Shown here piece by piece: positions 20,717-30,417 of a DNA stretch of 64,000 nt. Both the position numbers and the translations under genes were made by a program. Source of the stretch: Candidatus Thorarchaeota archaeon (GTDB lineage: Archaea > Asgardarchaeota > Thorarchaeia > Thorarchaeales > Thorarchaeaceae). Each line of letters starts with the position of its first letter. Position 1 is the stretch's first letter. The notes below the pieces were generated by a model, which saw only the letters and a list, made by a program, of their open reading frames with translations, made no database searches and was not told where the DNA came from. The stretch lies in the NCBI GenBank assembly GCA_020348985.1, contig CP070761.1:1790931-1854930 (forward strand), written 5' to 3'.

Positions 20717-21739
20717 ATGGGAACAATCCTGGGTGACATAGTGAAAGCAGAGCCAATGACCTTGGCTGATCTTTCTGGAAGAGTCTTGGCCATTGATGCA
20801 TTCAATTCACTCTATGCATTCCTCTCAATAATTCGTCAGCCAGATGGGACGCCCCTCATGGATCGGAAGGGACGGGTCACCAGTCACCTATCCGGTCTGC
20901 TCTATAGAAATGTGATACTTTTGGAGCATGGGATTGAGCCAGTCTATGTGTTCGATGGAGAATCGCCCCAGCTGAAACGAGCTGAGATTGAGCGAAGAAA
21001 GGAGGTCAGAGAAACAGCTCACAAGAAATGGGAAGAGGCGCTTGAGGAGGGACGAATTGAGGATGCCTACAAGGCCGCTCAAGCCAGTTCGAGGCTCAAG
21101 ACGAATATGATAGATGAGAGCAAGGAGTTGCTTCAAGCAATGGGTGTTCCTGTTGTTCAGGCACCATCCGAAGGTGAAGCTCTAGCAGCTCAGATGGCAA
21201 GAGAGGGAATTGTCTGGGCAAGTGCGAGTCAGGACAATGACTCGTTGCTCTACAATTGCCCCAGAATGCTTCGAAATCTTGTAGGCAGAAGACCCTCACG
21301 AGGTCGCTCGTCCAGAAGCATAGAACCTGAGCTGATTGATCTGGACGAAAACCTGAGATTTCTCGAAATCTCACGAGAGCAACTCATAGACATAGCGATT
21401 CTAGTGGGCACAGATTACAATGATAAGGTCCCAGGAGTGGGTCCGAAAACCGCTCTCAAACTAATCAAGGAATATGGCAGTCTTGAGAAGATAGAATCTG
21501 ATAAGGGTATGACGCTCGACTTCCCGTACCCTGAGATTAGAGACATATTCCTCAATCCCCCGGAGATAGAATTGAAGAAACCGGAATCCGACGAACCCAA
21601 CTATGACGAAGTCCGTCGGATCCTATGCTCAGAACATGACTTCAGTGCAAACAGAGTAGATAAAGCACTAGAACGACTAAGAGAGTCTCTCACAGCAAGA
21701 GATGATACGACGCAGAGTTCGCTGTCAGATTTCTTCTAA
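20717..21739 (+). CDS. fen: Flap endonuclease 1
   Basis: AIDAFNSLYAFLSIIRQPDGTPL, VYVFDG, APSEGEA, SQDNDSLL, LVGTDYN, GVGPKTA, C-terminal PIP box QSSLSDFF. Confidence 0.96.
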   Translation: MGTILGDIVKAEPMTLADLSGRVLAIDAFNSLYAFLSIIRQPDGTPLMDRKGRVTSHLSGLLYRNVILLEHGIEPVYVFDGESPQLKRAEIERRKEVRETAHKKWEEALEEGRIEDAYKAAQASSRLKTNMIDESKELLQAMGVPVVQAPSEGEALAAQMAREGIVWASASQDNDSLLYNCPRMLRNLVGRRPSRGRSSRSIEPELIDLDENLRFLEISREQLIDIAILVGTDYNDKVPGVGPKTALKLIKEYGSLEKIESDKGMTLDFPYPEIRDIFLNPPEIELKKPESDEPNYDEVRRILCSEHDFSANRVDKALERLRESLTARDDTTQSSLSDFF

Positions 21740-21811
21740 TCCGCAACCTTCTAACGCTGGAATAATCCTTCATTCTCCCCAGAAGCTATACGTGTGCTAA
21801 GGTGATACAGC

Positions 21812-22660
21812 TTGACTGACATGAATGGAAAGATCTGCATAGTAACAGGCAGCAATTCGGGAATTGGGAAAGAAACCGCGCGCGCTCTTACGGAAATGGG
21901 TGCAACAATTGTCATGGCTGTCAGAGATAGAACCCGCGGTGAAGTAGCAAAGATGGAGATTGCTGAGGTTTCAGGCCGTGAACCATGTGACATCATGTTG
22001 TGTGATCTCGCGTCTAGAGAATCAATCCGAATGTTTGCAAATCAGTTCAAGGAGAGTTATGATCGACTGGATGTTCTCATCAACAATGCTGGTGCAGTCT
22101 TTCGTAGTCGTCAGCTAACAACAGATGGTTTTGAGAGTAATCTCGCGGTGAACTATCTGGGATCATTTCTTCTCACACACGAGCTTCTTCCCATACTGCG
22201 GAGTAGTGCCCCTTCTCGAGTGATCAACCTCACATCTGGCCTTCACAAGAGAGCCAACGTAGATTTCGACGACTTACAATCTAAAAGAAAGTTCTCATGG
22301 AGAGACGCTTACGGAGGCGCCAAGCTTCTACTAATCATGTATACCTACGAGCTAGCGAGGCGTCTTGAGGGCACAGGAGTCACAGTCAATGTTGTAAGTC
22401 CGGGTTTCGTTGCAACAAATCTTGGTGGTGGCACAGGAAGTCGTCTCAACAAGATCATGTTTCGAATGATGAGGCCTTTCCAGATTAGTGCAGAAGAAGG
22501 AGCCAAGACCTCATTGTATGTGGCAACATCCCCAGAGGTCGAAGGTGTCACTGGCAAGCATTTCGCCAAGTCACAGATTAGCCCATCTTCTGAAATATCA
22601 TACGACGAGTCGTTGCAGAAACGACTCTGGGACATTACGGAAGAGATGCTTTGTCTCTAG
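21812..22660 (+). CDS. SDR oxidoreductase (retinol dehydrogenase-like)
   Basis: TGSNSGIG, LDVLINNAG, YGGAKL, VSPGFVAT, LQKRLW. Confidence 0.9.
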   Translation: MTDMNGKICIVTGSNSGIGKETARALTEMGATIVMAVRDRTRGEVAKMEIAEVSGREPCDIMLCDLASRESIRMFANQFKESYDRLDVLINNAGAVFRSRQLTTDGFESNLAVNYLGSFLLTHELLPILRSSAPSRVINLTSGLHKRANVDFDDLQSKRKFSWRDAYGGAKLLLIMYTYELARRLEGTGVTVNVVSPGFVATNLGGGTGSRLNKIMFRMMRPFQISAEEGAKTSLYVATSPEVEGVTGKHFAKSQISPSSEISYDESLQKRLWDITEEMLCL

Positions 22661-22754
22661 ATCACCCATTCTTGATTCTAATGTACAGGGAAGAAAAGCC
22701 AAATTACGAGTTTGCAGATGTGTGCCGAACAACATTTCGGCCAGTGAGACTAAG

Positions 22755-23201
22755 ATGACTAAGGTTATGGATGTGGAGATCAGACATTCCACACTTATTC
22801 GGGCCAGTCCAGAAGAAGTGTACGATGCCCTGACAACTGCAGAGGCTTTCAATACATGGTTCACCACAGAATCTCAAATCGAGGCTAGACCGGGTGGCTC
22901 ATTCTACTTCAAGTGGAAGGATTGGGGTCCTGACAAGATAAGCGTGGAGGACAGCGGCCCAATTGTAGAAGCAACTCGTCCTGAGAAGTTCTTGTTCAAG
23001 TGGCACGGCGAAAACAACTCCTACTATACCACTGTTGAGATACTTCTAGAGAGAGTCGAGGAAGGTACTGCCGTCAGATTAAGAGAATATGGGTATCAAG
23101 ATACACCCTCTGGGAGACAATCCTTCATGAACTGTTCCACAGGTTGGGGAGAGGCCCTGACTCTCCTGAAGTTTTATGTAGAACATGGCGTCGTCTACTG
23201 A
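22755..23201 (+). CDS. SRPBCC/AHSA1-like ligand-binding protein
   Basis: IRASPEEVYDALT...WF, EARPGGSF, GWGEALTLLKFYVE. Confidence 0.8.
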   Translation: MTKVMDVEIRHSTLIRASPEEVYDALTTAEAFNTWFTTESQIEARPGGSFYFKWKDWGPDKISVEDSGPIVEATRPEKFLFKWHGENNSYYTTVEILLERVEEGTAVRLREYGYQDTPSGRQSFMNCSTGWGEALTLLKFYVEHGVVY

Positions 23202-23231
23202 CTGCTCGCTTTGAGGGGTCGAAGACAGAAG

Positions 23232-24059
23232 ATGGGCCACACGATAGATTCGAAACTTAAACTTAACAACGGTGTCCACATTCCCCTGCTCGGGCTGGGA
23301 ACATATCACCTCTCGCCAAGCAAGATGGCTCGGAATGCCATTCTGAGTGCACTTCAGTTGGGATATCGTCACATCGACACGGCGATGATCCACAGAAACG
23401 AAACCGATGTTGGTGCTGCTATTCGTGAATCTGGAATTCCAAGGGATCAGGTCTTCATAACTACCAAGCTATGGAACAGCGACCAGGGTTATGAATCAGC
23501 ATTGGCAGCATGCAAGCAGAGCATGAAACGACTCGGAGTTGACTACATTGACCTATATCTGATTCATTGGCCTGTGCCGGAACGGCGACTAGAATCATGG
23601 AGAGCACTAGAGAAGCTATTGGACTACGGAAACTGCAGAACAATCGGGGTAAGCAACTACCAATATCGTCACCTGGAAGAGTTGTTGGGCGAGTGCAGTG
23701 TTGTCCCTGCCGTCAACCAAGTTGAGTTTCATCCATTTCTCTTCCAGAGGGAACTATTCCTCTACTGCAAAAGCAAGAGCATCCAACTAGAAGGTTACAG
23801 CCCACTTACAAAGGGCATGAGACTCAGAGACCCACAACTGCAATGGATTGCAGCGAAGTATAACAAAACAGTTGCTCAGATACTGGTTCGTTGGCAATTG
23901 GAACATGACATCGTTACTATCCCAAAGTCTGCTCGAGCGAACCGAATCAGAGAGAATTCTCAGGTGTTTGATTTCTCAATATCGAGGGAAGACATGAAGA
24001 TACTCAACAACATGAATGAGGACCTCAGGACCAGCTGGGACCCAACTAACGTCTGGTAG
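23232..24059 (+). CDS. Aldo/keto reductase
   Basis: LNNGVHIPLLGLGT, GYRHIDTA, FITTKLW, DLYLIHWP, IGVSN, NQVEFHP, IPKS. Confidence 0.92.
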   Translation: MGHTIDSKLKLNNGVHIPLLGLGTYHLSPSKMARNAILSALQLGYRHIDTAMIHRNETDVGAAIRESGIPRDQVFITTKLWNSDQGYESALAACKQSMKRLGVDYIDLYLIHWPVPERRLESWRALEKLLDYGNCRTIGVSNYQYRHLEELLGECSVVPAVNQVEFHPFLFQRELFLYCKSKSIQLEGYSPLTKGMRLRDPQLQWIAAKYNKTVAQILVRWQLEHDIVTIPKSARANRIRENSQVFDFSISREDMKILNNMNEDLRTSWDPTNVW

Positions 24060-24119
24060 TCCAACTAGATAATTCTGATTCTACCCATGGTCGTGTTCAT
24101 TCACGTAGTCTTACGTATG

Positions 24120-24172
24120 CAGTAATACTTATATATATTTAATACAGAGTACTAAGTAACACATAGTATATG
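24120..24172 (+). promoter_or_regulatory. AT-rich promoter/operator region of the padR operon
   Basis: TTATATATA box followed by repeated TAC...AGTA elements upstream of padR. Confidence 0.4.
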
Positions 24173-24185
24173 GTGTTGCACAATA

Positions 24186-24548
24186 ATGAGTAACGCACAC
24201 ATAGAAGAATTCGAAAGATGGTCTAGAGAGGTCAAAAAGGGTGCTGCTTCTCTTGCCATTCTGGCGGTCCTTGAGAGAGAACGCAGCTATGGCTACGACA
24301 TTGTCAAGAAGCTCGAGGATTGGAATGTGACATTCCTGGCTTTCGAGCAGGGCACGGTGTATCCTCTTCTAAAGCGGCTGGAGAAGCGGCAGCTTCTATC
24401 TTCGACCTGGAGCATGGATGAACCAGACAAGCCGAAGAAGTACTACACAATAACTGAAGAGGGAAAGGCAGCTCTTAAATTGATGACCCAGACATGGGCT
24501 AGATTATCAGATGAGATGAAGAGCATCATTGGAGGCGACGCATTATGA
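24186..24548 (+). CDS. PadR family transcriptional regulator
   Basis: ILAVL...YGYDIVK, GTVYPLLKRLEK, KKYYTITEEG. Confidence 0.92.
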   Translation: MSNAHIEEFERWSREVKKGAASLAILAVLERERSYGYDIVKKLEDWNVTFLAFEQGTVYPLLKRLEKRQLLSSTWSMDEPDKPKKYYTITEEGKAALKLMTQTWARLSDEMKSIIGGDAL

Positions 24549-25609
24549 GCAAAGATCCAGAGAAACTGGTTGATGAGTATCTTGAGAGAGTTAAGGTCTA
24601 TCTTCCAATTGACAGCGAAGACACACTTCTAGAGATTAAGACACATCTTCTCAAGGAGGCAGAGAGAATTGGAGAAGGAAGTATTACTCCCGGCTCTACT
24701 CTAATGGCAATCGAAAGGTTTGGCGAGCCCAAACAGGTTGCCAACGAGTATGCAGGGACTGGAAAGAGAATCGGCCCTGTGCCAGCAGAGTACACTCAAC
24801 CACTGATTAGAATCCTATTGGCACTTCTGGGAATTAGCATTGCATTCATAGTTGGTGGCTATGTCATTGGAATTGCCTTTCCCACATTGATAGGCGATCT
24901 GGCAGCCATTCAGAACTGGCCTTTCGTGTTGCCGGTGATGATTGTTGTCAACGTCTTGTTTGTGGTTCTTATCTTTGGAGGGATTTCGCTCTACGCGGAC
25001 AGAGACAAATTGGCTACTGAGAGAACTACAATTGAAGGTATCTTCGGAATAGGCAGCAGCGCTTTCAACCCCAAGAGTCGTTCGGATGCTGCGGCTGATG
25101 TCATCTTTGGACCAATCTTTGGAACTCTAGCGGTCTTACCCCAGATCCACGTACTGTTCAACCCGGCGTTCGTGCCTATACTCTACTTGGTTGCGGTCTT
25201 GATGTACATCGGAGCGGTGAAGGGCGCCTTGTTCTTCTTCCACGGAGAGAACAACCTCAATCTATTGATCGAGGGAATTCTGGCCATATTCTGGATCATC
25301 ATTGCACTGGTCATGATCAACTTCGCAATGCCGATAGAGTACGCTTGGAACAACTCTGGTTCTGGCTGGGAACTCATAGCACTAACTGATCTAGCAGCGC
25401 TCTTCCCAGCGACATTCGACATCTTCGTACCCTTGACTCTCGGCTGGATGGTGCTCATCTTCGTCATAGTGGTTGTTAGCAGCTGGAGAGTTCTCATTGC
25501 TGTGATGAAGATTCCAATGTACCTTCAGGCAGGCAAGGGCTGGTGGTGGAAGGGCACTTGGGGTCCTGGACGCAGGTTCAGGAGAGGTGTCTGGGCACAG
25601 AGACGCTAG
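24545..25609 (+). CDS. PadR-associated membrane protein with N-terminal HAAS-like domain
   Basis: EYLERVK.LP...EIKTHL...AIERFGEPKQVA followed by multiple TMs; ATGA overlap with padR. Confidence 0.75.
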   Translation: MSKDPEKLVDEYLERVKVYLPIDSEDTLLEIKTHLLKEAERIGEGSITPGSTLMAIERFGEPKQVANEYAGTGKRIGPVPAEYTQPLIRILLALLGISIAFIVGGYVIGIAFPTLIGDLAAIQNWPFVLPVMIVVNVLFVVLIFGGISLYADRDKLATERTTIEGIFGIGSSAFNPKSRSDAAADVIFGPIFGTLAVLPQIHVLFNPAFVPILYLVAVLMYIGAVKGALFFFHGENNLNLLIEGILAIFWIIIALVMINFAMPIEYAWNNSGSGWELIALTDLAALFPATFDIFVPLTLGWMVLIFVIVVVSSWRVLIAVMKIPMYLQAGKGWWWKGTWGPGRRFRRGVWAQRR

Positions 25610-25649
25610 TTCAAACAGCGTGTCAAGGATCAACTAGCTACACAATAGG

Positions 25650-25692
25650 ATGGAGTGCGGCAGTGCCGCATCCATCTAACTACTTCTTTTCA
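25650..25692. terminator. Hairpin between convergent genes
   Basis: GATGGA-GTGCGGC-agt-GCCGCA-TCCATC then ttctttttc. Confidence 0.55.
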
Positions 25693-25728
25693 ATCCTCAG
25701 AGTTTTGGTCAAGTAGTGGAAAGACCGA

Positions 25729-26346
25729 TCACTGCGATTGTCTGAGTTTGGGGAACAGTCTTCCCGTACGTTTCATGTAAGCAATGTACTCATCACCAAA
25801 CTCGCCTATCATGGCCTGTTCTTCGATCTTGATTCTCTTGTATAGACCTGGAGCCATCAGCATGAGAATGACTACTAAAAGCCAGTTATCAGTGACGAAT
25901 ACAAGGGAGGCGATGAATAGCATTATTACCAAGTACATCGGGTGGCGGATTCTCTTGTAGGGCCCTGTCGTCACTAGACTCTGATCCTTCTGAATCTTCA
26001 CAGTATAGTAGTAGTTCTTTGCAAGTGTCTTTCCAATCCAGTATGTATAAGGCAAGGAAAGGACGCTCACAGTCAGACCAAGCAGCCGTAGTTCTAGAGG
26101 CATATTCAGATATGACCACAGCATCCACGGAGGGTCTAGTAGGTAGAGTCCTCCCACAATGAGGTTTCCATACGTTGATGCAATGAGCATTAAAAGGACA
26201 AGCAGACCCTCTTTACCAAACGCTTCACGACGCTCCTTGCGTGTGCTTTTCATTGCTGGAAGTCCTCGAGAAGGAATCACTCTTGATGCAATGAAAAGCA
26301 CCCACAGCAGAATGAAACCAACCCGAAAAATCAAGCCAATATCCAT
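25729..26346 (-). CDS. Isoprenylcysteine carboxyl methyltransferase (ICMT/Ste14) family membrane protein
   Basis: LVTTGPYKRIRHPMY, RIKIEE...FGDEY..Y..RTGRLFP. Confidence 0.88.
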   Translation of the reverse strand: MDIGLIFRVGFILLWVLFIASRVIPSRGLPAMKSTRKERREAFGKEGLLVLLMLIASTYGNLIVGGLYLLDPPWMLWSYLNMPLELRLLGLTVSVLSLPYTYWIGKTLAKNYYYTVKIQKDQSLVTTGPYKRIRHPMYLVIMLFIASLVFVTDNWLLVVILMLMAPGLYKRIKIEEQAMIGEFGDEYIAYMKRTGRLFPKLRQSQ

Positions 26347-26400
26347 TTGTCTTCACCTTTAAGGTTCTAGGGTCAATGTAGGACCCGATGTTTCAACACA

Positions 26401-26450
26401 TAACTGAACACTTGTTCATATATCTCTTACTAACTGAACAACCGTTCAGA
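26401..26450. promoter_or_regulatory. Two tandem palindromic operators, putative TetR sites, between divergent icmt and tetR
   Basis: taacTGAACActTGTTCA (26401) and taacTGAACaaccGTTCA (26431), spaced 30 bp apart. Confidence 0.7.
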
Positions 26451-26493
26451 TACAGACATATACTTGATTGCCCTATACCAGCTATGGGTCCTC

Positions 26494-27102
26494 ATGACGC
26501 AAAGCGAAAAGAAGTTCTCACGTGATAAAGAAGCCAAGAAAGAAGCCATAATCGAGGCATTGTCAGAACTCATCTCAGAGAAGGGCTACAGTAGAACAAG
26601 CGTGAGGGACATTCCAGAGCGGGCCGGCTTAAGCATAGGAACGATCTACCGGTATTTCCCGAAGGGCAAGATAGACATCGTGAAGGAAATACTGAACCGC
26701 AACACAAGTCGGATTATCGAATTAGAAGTGCCTGACAAATTTGACTCCGCAGCTTTCGCTAAACTTTGGTCGTACATGATTGATCTTGCCATCGAGGTAA
26801 GGAAGAAAGGCCTGATTATGGCAGATAACTTCGCAATAACGGAGGAAATTGATATCGAGGCAATTCGAGACATCACAACCACAGTTCTTCGATTCTATCG
26901 GTGGCTGGCAAGTAGATTCAAGGAGATTGATCGTCTCGCTGGCTGTTCAGAGGCGGAGTTGGTTCGCAGAATTGTTGTGATGATGCAGATAATTGACAGC
27001 GTAATCAACAAACATCTGAAATATCCGCTCTTTGACGATGACAAGAGCATGTCAAAGTACCTTCTTCGTGTTGTCGACCTTACTTTCGAATCATGTCAAT
27101 AG
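26494..27102 (+). CDS. TetR/AcrR family regulator
   Basis: KKEAIIEALSELISEKGYSRTSVRDI..RAGLSIGTIYRYF. Confidence 0.9.
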   Translation: MTQSEKKFSRDKEAKKEAIIEALSELISEKGYSRTSVRDIPERAGLSIGTIYRYFPKGKIDIVKEILNRNTSRIIELEVPDKFDSAAFAKLWSYMIDLAIEVRKKGLIMADNFAITEEIDIEAIRDITTTVLRFYRWLASRFKEIDRLAGCSEAELVRRIVVMMQIIDSVINKHLKYPLFDDDKSMSKYLLRVVDLTFESCQ

Positions 27103-27212
27103 CACATGGCAGTCCCTCGCGAGTAGCAGCATTCGCACAATCAACGGAATGATTGATTACTCACCTTTTCATTCAGAAGAACTGGGATTCGCTAAGTTTG
27201 GAGTGTTAGTGG

Positions 27213-27950
27213 ATGAGCGATTATGACTCTGAGCCCTACATCGATATTGACATAGCCATCTATGGGGGTGGAAAGGGCAACATTTTGGACTCGATCGAGA
27301 CGCATTTTGGTATTGAGTTGACAAAAGAGGCAGAACGTCGATGGGTCGGCCCTCACGCGGCCAAGAGAGTAATGGGGGTCACAACGAGAGGGGTCGCTGA
27401 GATAGGCTATGCTGATGCATCGGGTGAGTGCGCCATACTCTCATTGATTGTCGCCTTCTTTCTGTTGTTGATAGTAATATGGCAGCTGGTCATGTTTCTT
27501 ATCGTGATTGTGGTGCTTGGTATCTTTAGCGGGGGTGCAGCTCTGAAATACACAAGAGCAACCTACATGACTACTGACAGTGTTTCGATTGAATCCTTAC
27601 AATTGGAGGCATTCACAAAAGACCAGATTAACAGTGGTCGTTTCGTAATGATAGATCTTGAAGGACCTGGTTTTACTCTCGGTCCAATTGCCAAGGCATC
27701 GACTAGGGCAACTCGACTATTCAGATATGGAATAGTATTCTCGATGTTGATAGCCTCCTTGTTTCTAGTAACTGAAGTGGTCTATCGACTATTGTATGCT
27801 CTGTGGCTAGTTGATCTCCTAGTATTAGCCGCCTTCGGCATTGCGTTCCTTCTTGGAATCATTGTAACAGACGCAGGTGTGATTCTTCGTCGTCGGCTTC
27901 GAGGCGGAATCGAAGCTGGGTACGTCGACGGACCCCTGGGGGACGCCTAG
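27213..27950 (+). CDS. Membrane protein, unknown function
   Basis: 245 aa, ~4 TM segments. Confidence 0.65.
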   Translation: MSDYDSEPYIDIDIAIYGGGKGNILDSIETHFGIELTKEAERRWVGPHAAKRVMGVTTRGVAEIGYADASGECAILSLIVAFFLLLIVIWQLVMFLIVIVVLGIFSGGAALKYTRATYMTTDSVSIESLQLEAFTKDQINSGRFVMIDLEGPGFTLGPIAKASTRATRLFRYGIVFSMLIASLFLVTEVVYRLLYALWLVDLLVLAAFGIAFLLGIIVTDAGVILRRRLRGGIEAGYVDGPLGDA

Positions 27951-27952
27951 AC

Positions 27953-29653
27953 TCAGAACGACAGGATTGTAGCAAGCAACCATCCGAACATCAAGGCATT
28001 CAGTATTGCGCCAACGTAGTAGTCGCCAGTCAACCGATAGCCCCAAAGAATGACAATGGTTGCAACTGCAAACCACAATGTGAACGCATAGAAGAACAAG
28101 AATGTGAATCCTACCATGGATGGAACGACAGGGACACCGGTGATAACCCCTAGACCATATTCAAACGAGATTATGATCAAGTACGGAATGCATTTGATGA
28201 ACATGGCTTTCACTGTCCAACTCACTTGAGTGCCTAGCCAACTGTTCTTCTCTGATGTCAGAAGCACACTGGTCAGCCACTTTCCTTCCACCAAGGCATA
28301 GACCAAGAAGACAAAGAAGTACGGCAACACGAATAGGGTTCTAGTCCAAGTCAGGTCGTTGAAACCGGGCAAAAACACTCTGAGATCAAGTGCGAATCCC
28401 AAGTCAACTAGTAGAGTCCATGCATAAAGCCATCCCACCACAAGAAAGGCAGGTAGGCAGTACTTGCCGAAACGAGTCAGGAATTCCTTGAAGCTGATGT
28501 TTACTGTGAAACCCAAATCCCTGCGGCGGACAATCATGCGGAGGACCAGAAAAGAAACAATGGCACTTCCTAGCATCCAACTAACAACTGGTATTCCGAA
28601 GTGTTGAGGAAACCGTATGAAGGCATCCAAGATTTGACCAATTGCAAGTAAGGGAAAGAACAAGGTAAGACCAATTGCCCCGTACACTAGGCCGTAACCG
28701 AGGAACTGTTTGCTCGTCATTCCCTCTTTTGGTTCTGGTTGCTTTCTAAGATGTGAGAAGAATGGCAGGTCAAGTAGTATAGCAAGGACTGGAAAGATGG
28801 TGAGAATCGCACCAAAGAGCCCAATGAAGCCGCCGAGAAGCCAGAAGCCGTAGACCAAATCGGAGCTAGATATCCAGTGAGCATCTTCTGTGCCCCCCTT
28901 GAGACTATCTTTCATCCATTCGACGGTTTCGCTCACAATCGTAGGTTCTATGGTCTCGAACAGATGGTTCGTACGACCAAAAGCTACTCGTCTCGCTGTA
29001 CCGTCACCGAAATCGCCGTAGGTGATGCCGGGCTCGACATCTGTAACACCAAATGAGGATTCCAAAGGTGTGAGGTTTCCTGGATACGAGGAGAGTGAAG
29101 AAAAGTCACCTACTGTTACCAAGAGATTTGGGATGTAGGGGATTGAACTGATATTCGTGGGAACCCAGCTCCCTACAAGGACAAGAGCATCAACAGCAAC
29201 AGAAGACTCAGAGAGGGCTCTCCAACAGACGCCCCCGCCCATGCTATGGCCGATGAGCCCAATTGCGGAATCGTTAACATACTCGAGGGAAGCAAGATAG
29301 TCTAGAGCCGCTCCGCCGCTTCCTGTGCCAGGATCAGAGTTTCCATGACCATTCACATCAATTGTCAGTGCTACGAATCCTCTACGAGCCAATTCTATTC
29401 CAAATGCCATCAACCACTCTTTATTCTGCAGTGACCCATGTACCACAACGACCCCCGGAACAGGTTCTGAACTCGTGGCATGGATTGGTTTCTGCAAAGT
29501 GCTGTGAATCCACGAGCCATCAACAGCTTGGAAATCCACTTCACTGACAAGGACAGATCCAAAGCCACTTTGAACAGATGCCGCAGTTCCAACACCAAGG
29601 ACAAGCAGAAACAGCGCAAGAACTAATACCATGTATCTGGGTCTCAATCCCAT
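27953..29653 (-). CDS. Membrane-anchored alpha/beta hydrolase with C-terminal multi-TM domain
   Basis: Signal/TM helix, VVVHG, GHGNS, nucleophile elbow GHSMGG, NHLFE, ~8 C-terminal TMs. Confidence 0.85.
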   Translation of the reverse strand: MGLRPRYMVLVLALFLLVLGVGTAASVQSGFGSVLVSEVDFQAVDGSWIHSTLQKPIHATSSEPVPGVVVVHGSLQNKEWLMAFGIELARRGFVALTIDVNGHGNSDPGTGSGGAALDYLASLEYVNDSAIGLIGHSMGGGVCWRALSESSVAVDALVLVGSWVPTNISSIPYIPNLLVTVGDFSSLSSYPGNLTPLESSFGVTDVEPGITYGDFGDGTARRVAFGRTNHLFETIEPTIVSETVEWMKDSLKGGTEDAHWISSSDLVYGFWLLGGFIGLFGAILTIFPVLAILLDLPFFSHLRKQPEPKEGMTSKQFLGYGLVYGAIGLTLFFPLLAIGQILDAFIRFPQHFGIPVVSWMLGSAIVSFLVLRMIVRRRDLGFTVNISFKEFLTRFGKYCLPAFLVVGWLYAWTLLVDLGFALDLRVFLPGFNDLTWTRTLFVLPYFFVFLVYALVEGKWLTSVLLTSEKNSWLGTQVSWTVKAMFIKCIPYLIIISFEYGLGVITGVPVVPSMVGFTFLFFYAFTLWFAVATIVILWGYRLTGDYYVGAILNALMFGWLLATILSF

Positions 29654-29754
29654 TCTCCTTCAGCTCTGTCAAATGTTCGAAATCTGAGCACAGGCATCCC
29701 CCATTTATCTCATCCTGAATCTATTCTGAAGACTCATAACAACCAATCTCGATA

Positions 29755-30393
29755 GTGAAAATGATGCCTGATTGGGACGAGATATTCTCGAGAAGTGGAA
29801 GGGTGTTCACTGAGCCGCATCCAGACATGGTTCGAATAGCCGACTATTTTGGAGATGAAGGCGTTCAAAGAATCCTGGACTTGGGCTGTGGTACTGGACG
29901 ACATCTCCTCTTCTTTGGAAAGCTCGGCTTCGAAATGCACGGTTTCGATGCATCATCCACTGCACTTTCACTCGCAAATGAGTGGTTGGACCAAAAGGGG
30001 ATAGTCGCGGAGACTTTGCAACACAGAATGGAAGAGATGTTTCCCTATCCAACTGATTTCTTTGACGCTATAATCTCGATACAGGTCATTCACCATAACC
30101 TGAAGCATGATATCCTAACCACTGTGAAAGAAATAGAACGGGTTCTGCGGCCTGGCGGCGTCATCTTCATCACTTTTCCAATACACTCGCCCGCGCCTGA
30201 GTCACCCGAGGACGACTGGGATCTTAGGCAAGTCGAGCCGGACACTTACATCCCACAAAAAGGGCCAGAAGCGGGAATCCCTCACCACTACTTTACCCTG
30301 GAGGAGATTCCTGAGGTGTTCCATTCATTTGAGATCCTTGACCTCTATGTGGACGAAGTGGATCACAGATGTTTACTGGGCAGAATACACTGA
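29755..30393 (+). CDS. Class I SAM-dependent methyltransferase
   Basis: ILDLGCGTGRH, FDAIIS..VIHH, RVLRPGG. Confidence 0.88.
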   Translation: MKMMPDWDEIFSRSGRVFTEPHPDMVRIADYFGDEGVQRILDLGCGTGRHLLFFGKLGFEMHGFDASSTALSLANEWLDQKGIVAETLQHRMEEMFPYPTDFFDAIISIQVIHHNLKHDILTTVKEIERVLRPGGVIFITFPIHSPAPESPEDDWDLRQVEPDTYIPQKGPEAGIPHHYFTLEEIPEVFHSFEILDLYVDEVDHRCLLGRIH

Positions 30394-30417
30394 ATGGTTA
30401 GAAACGGTTCTCTTGCC

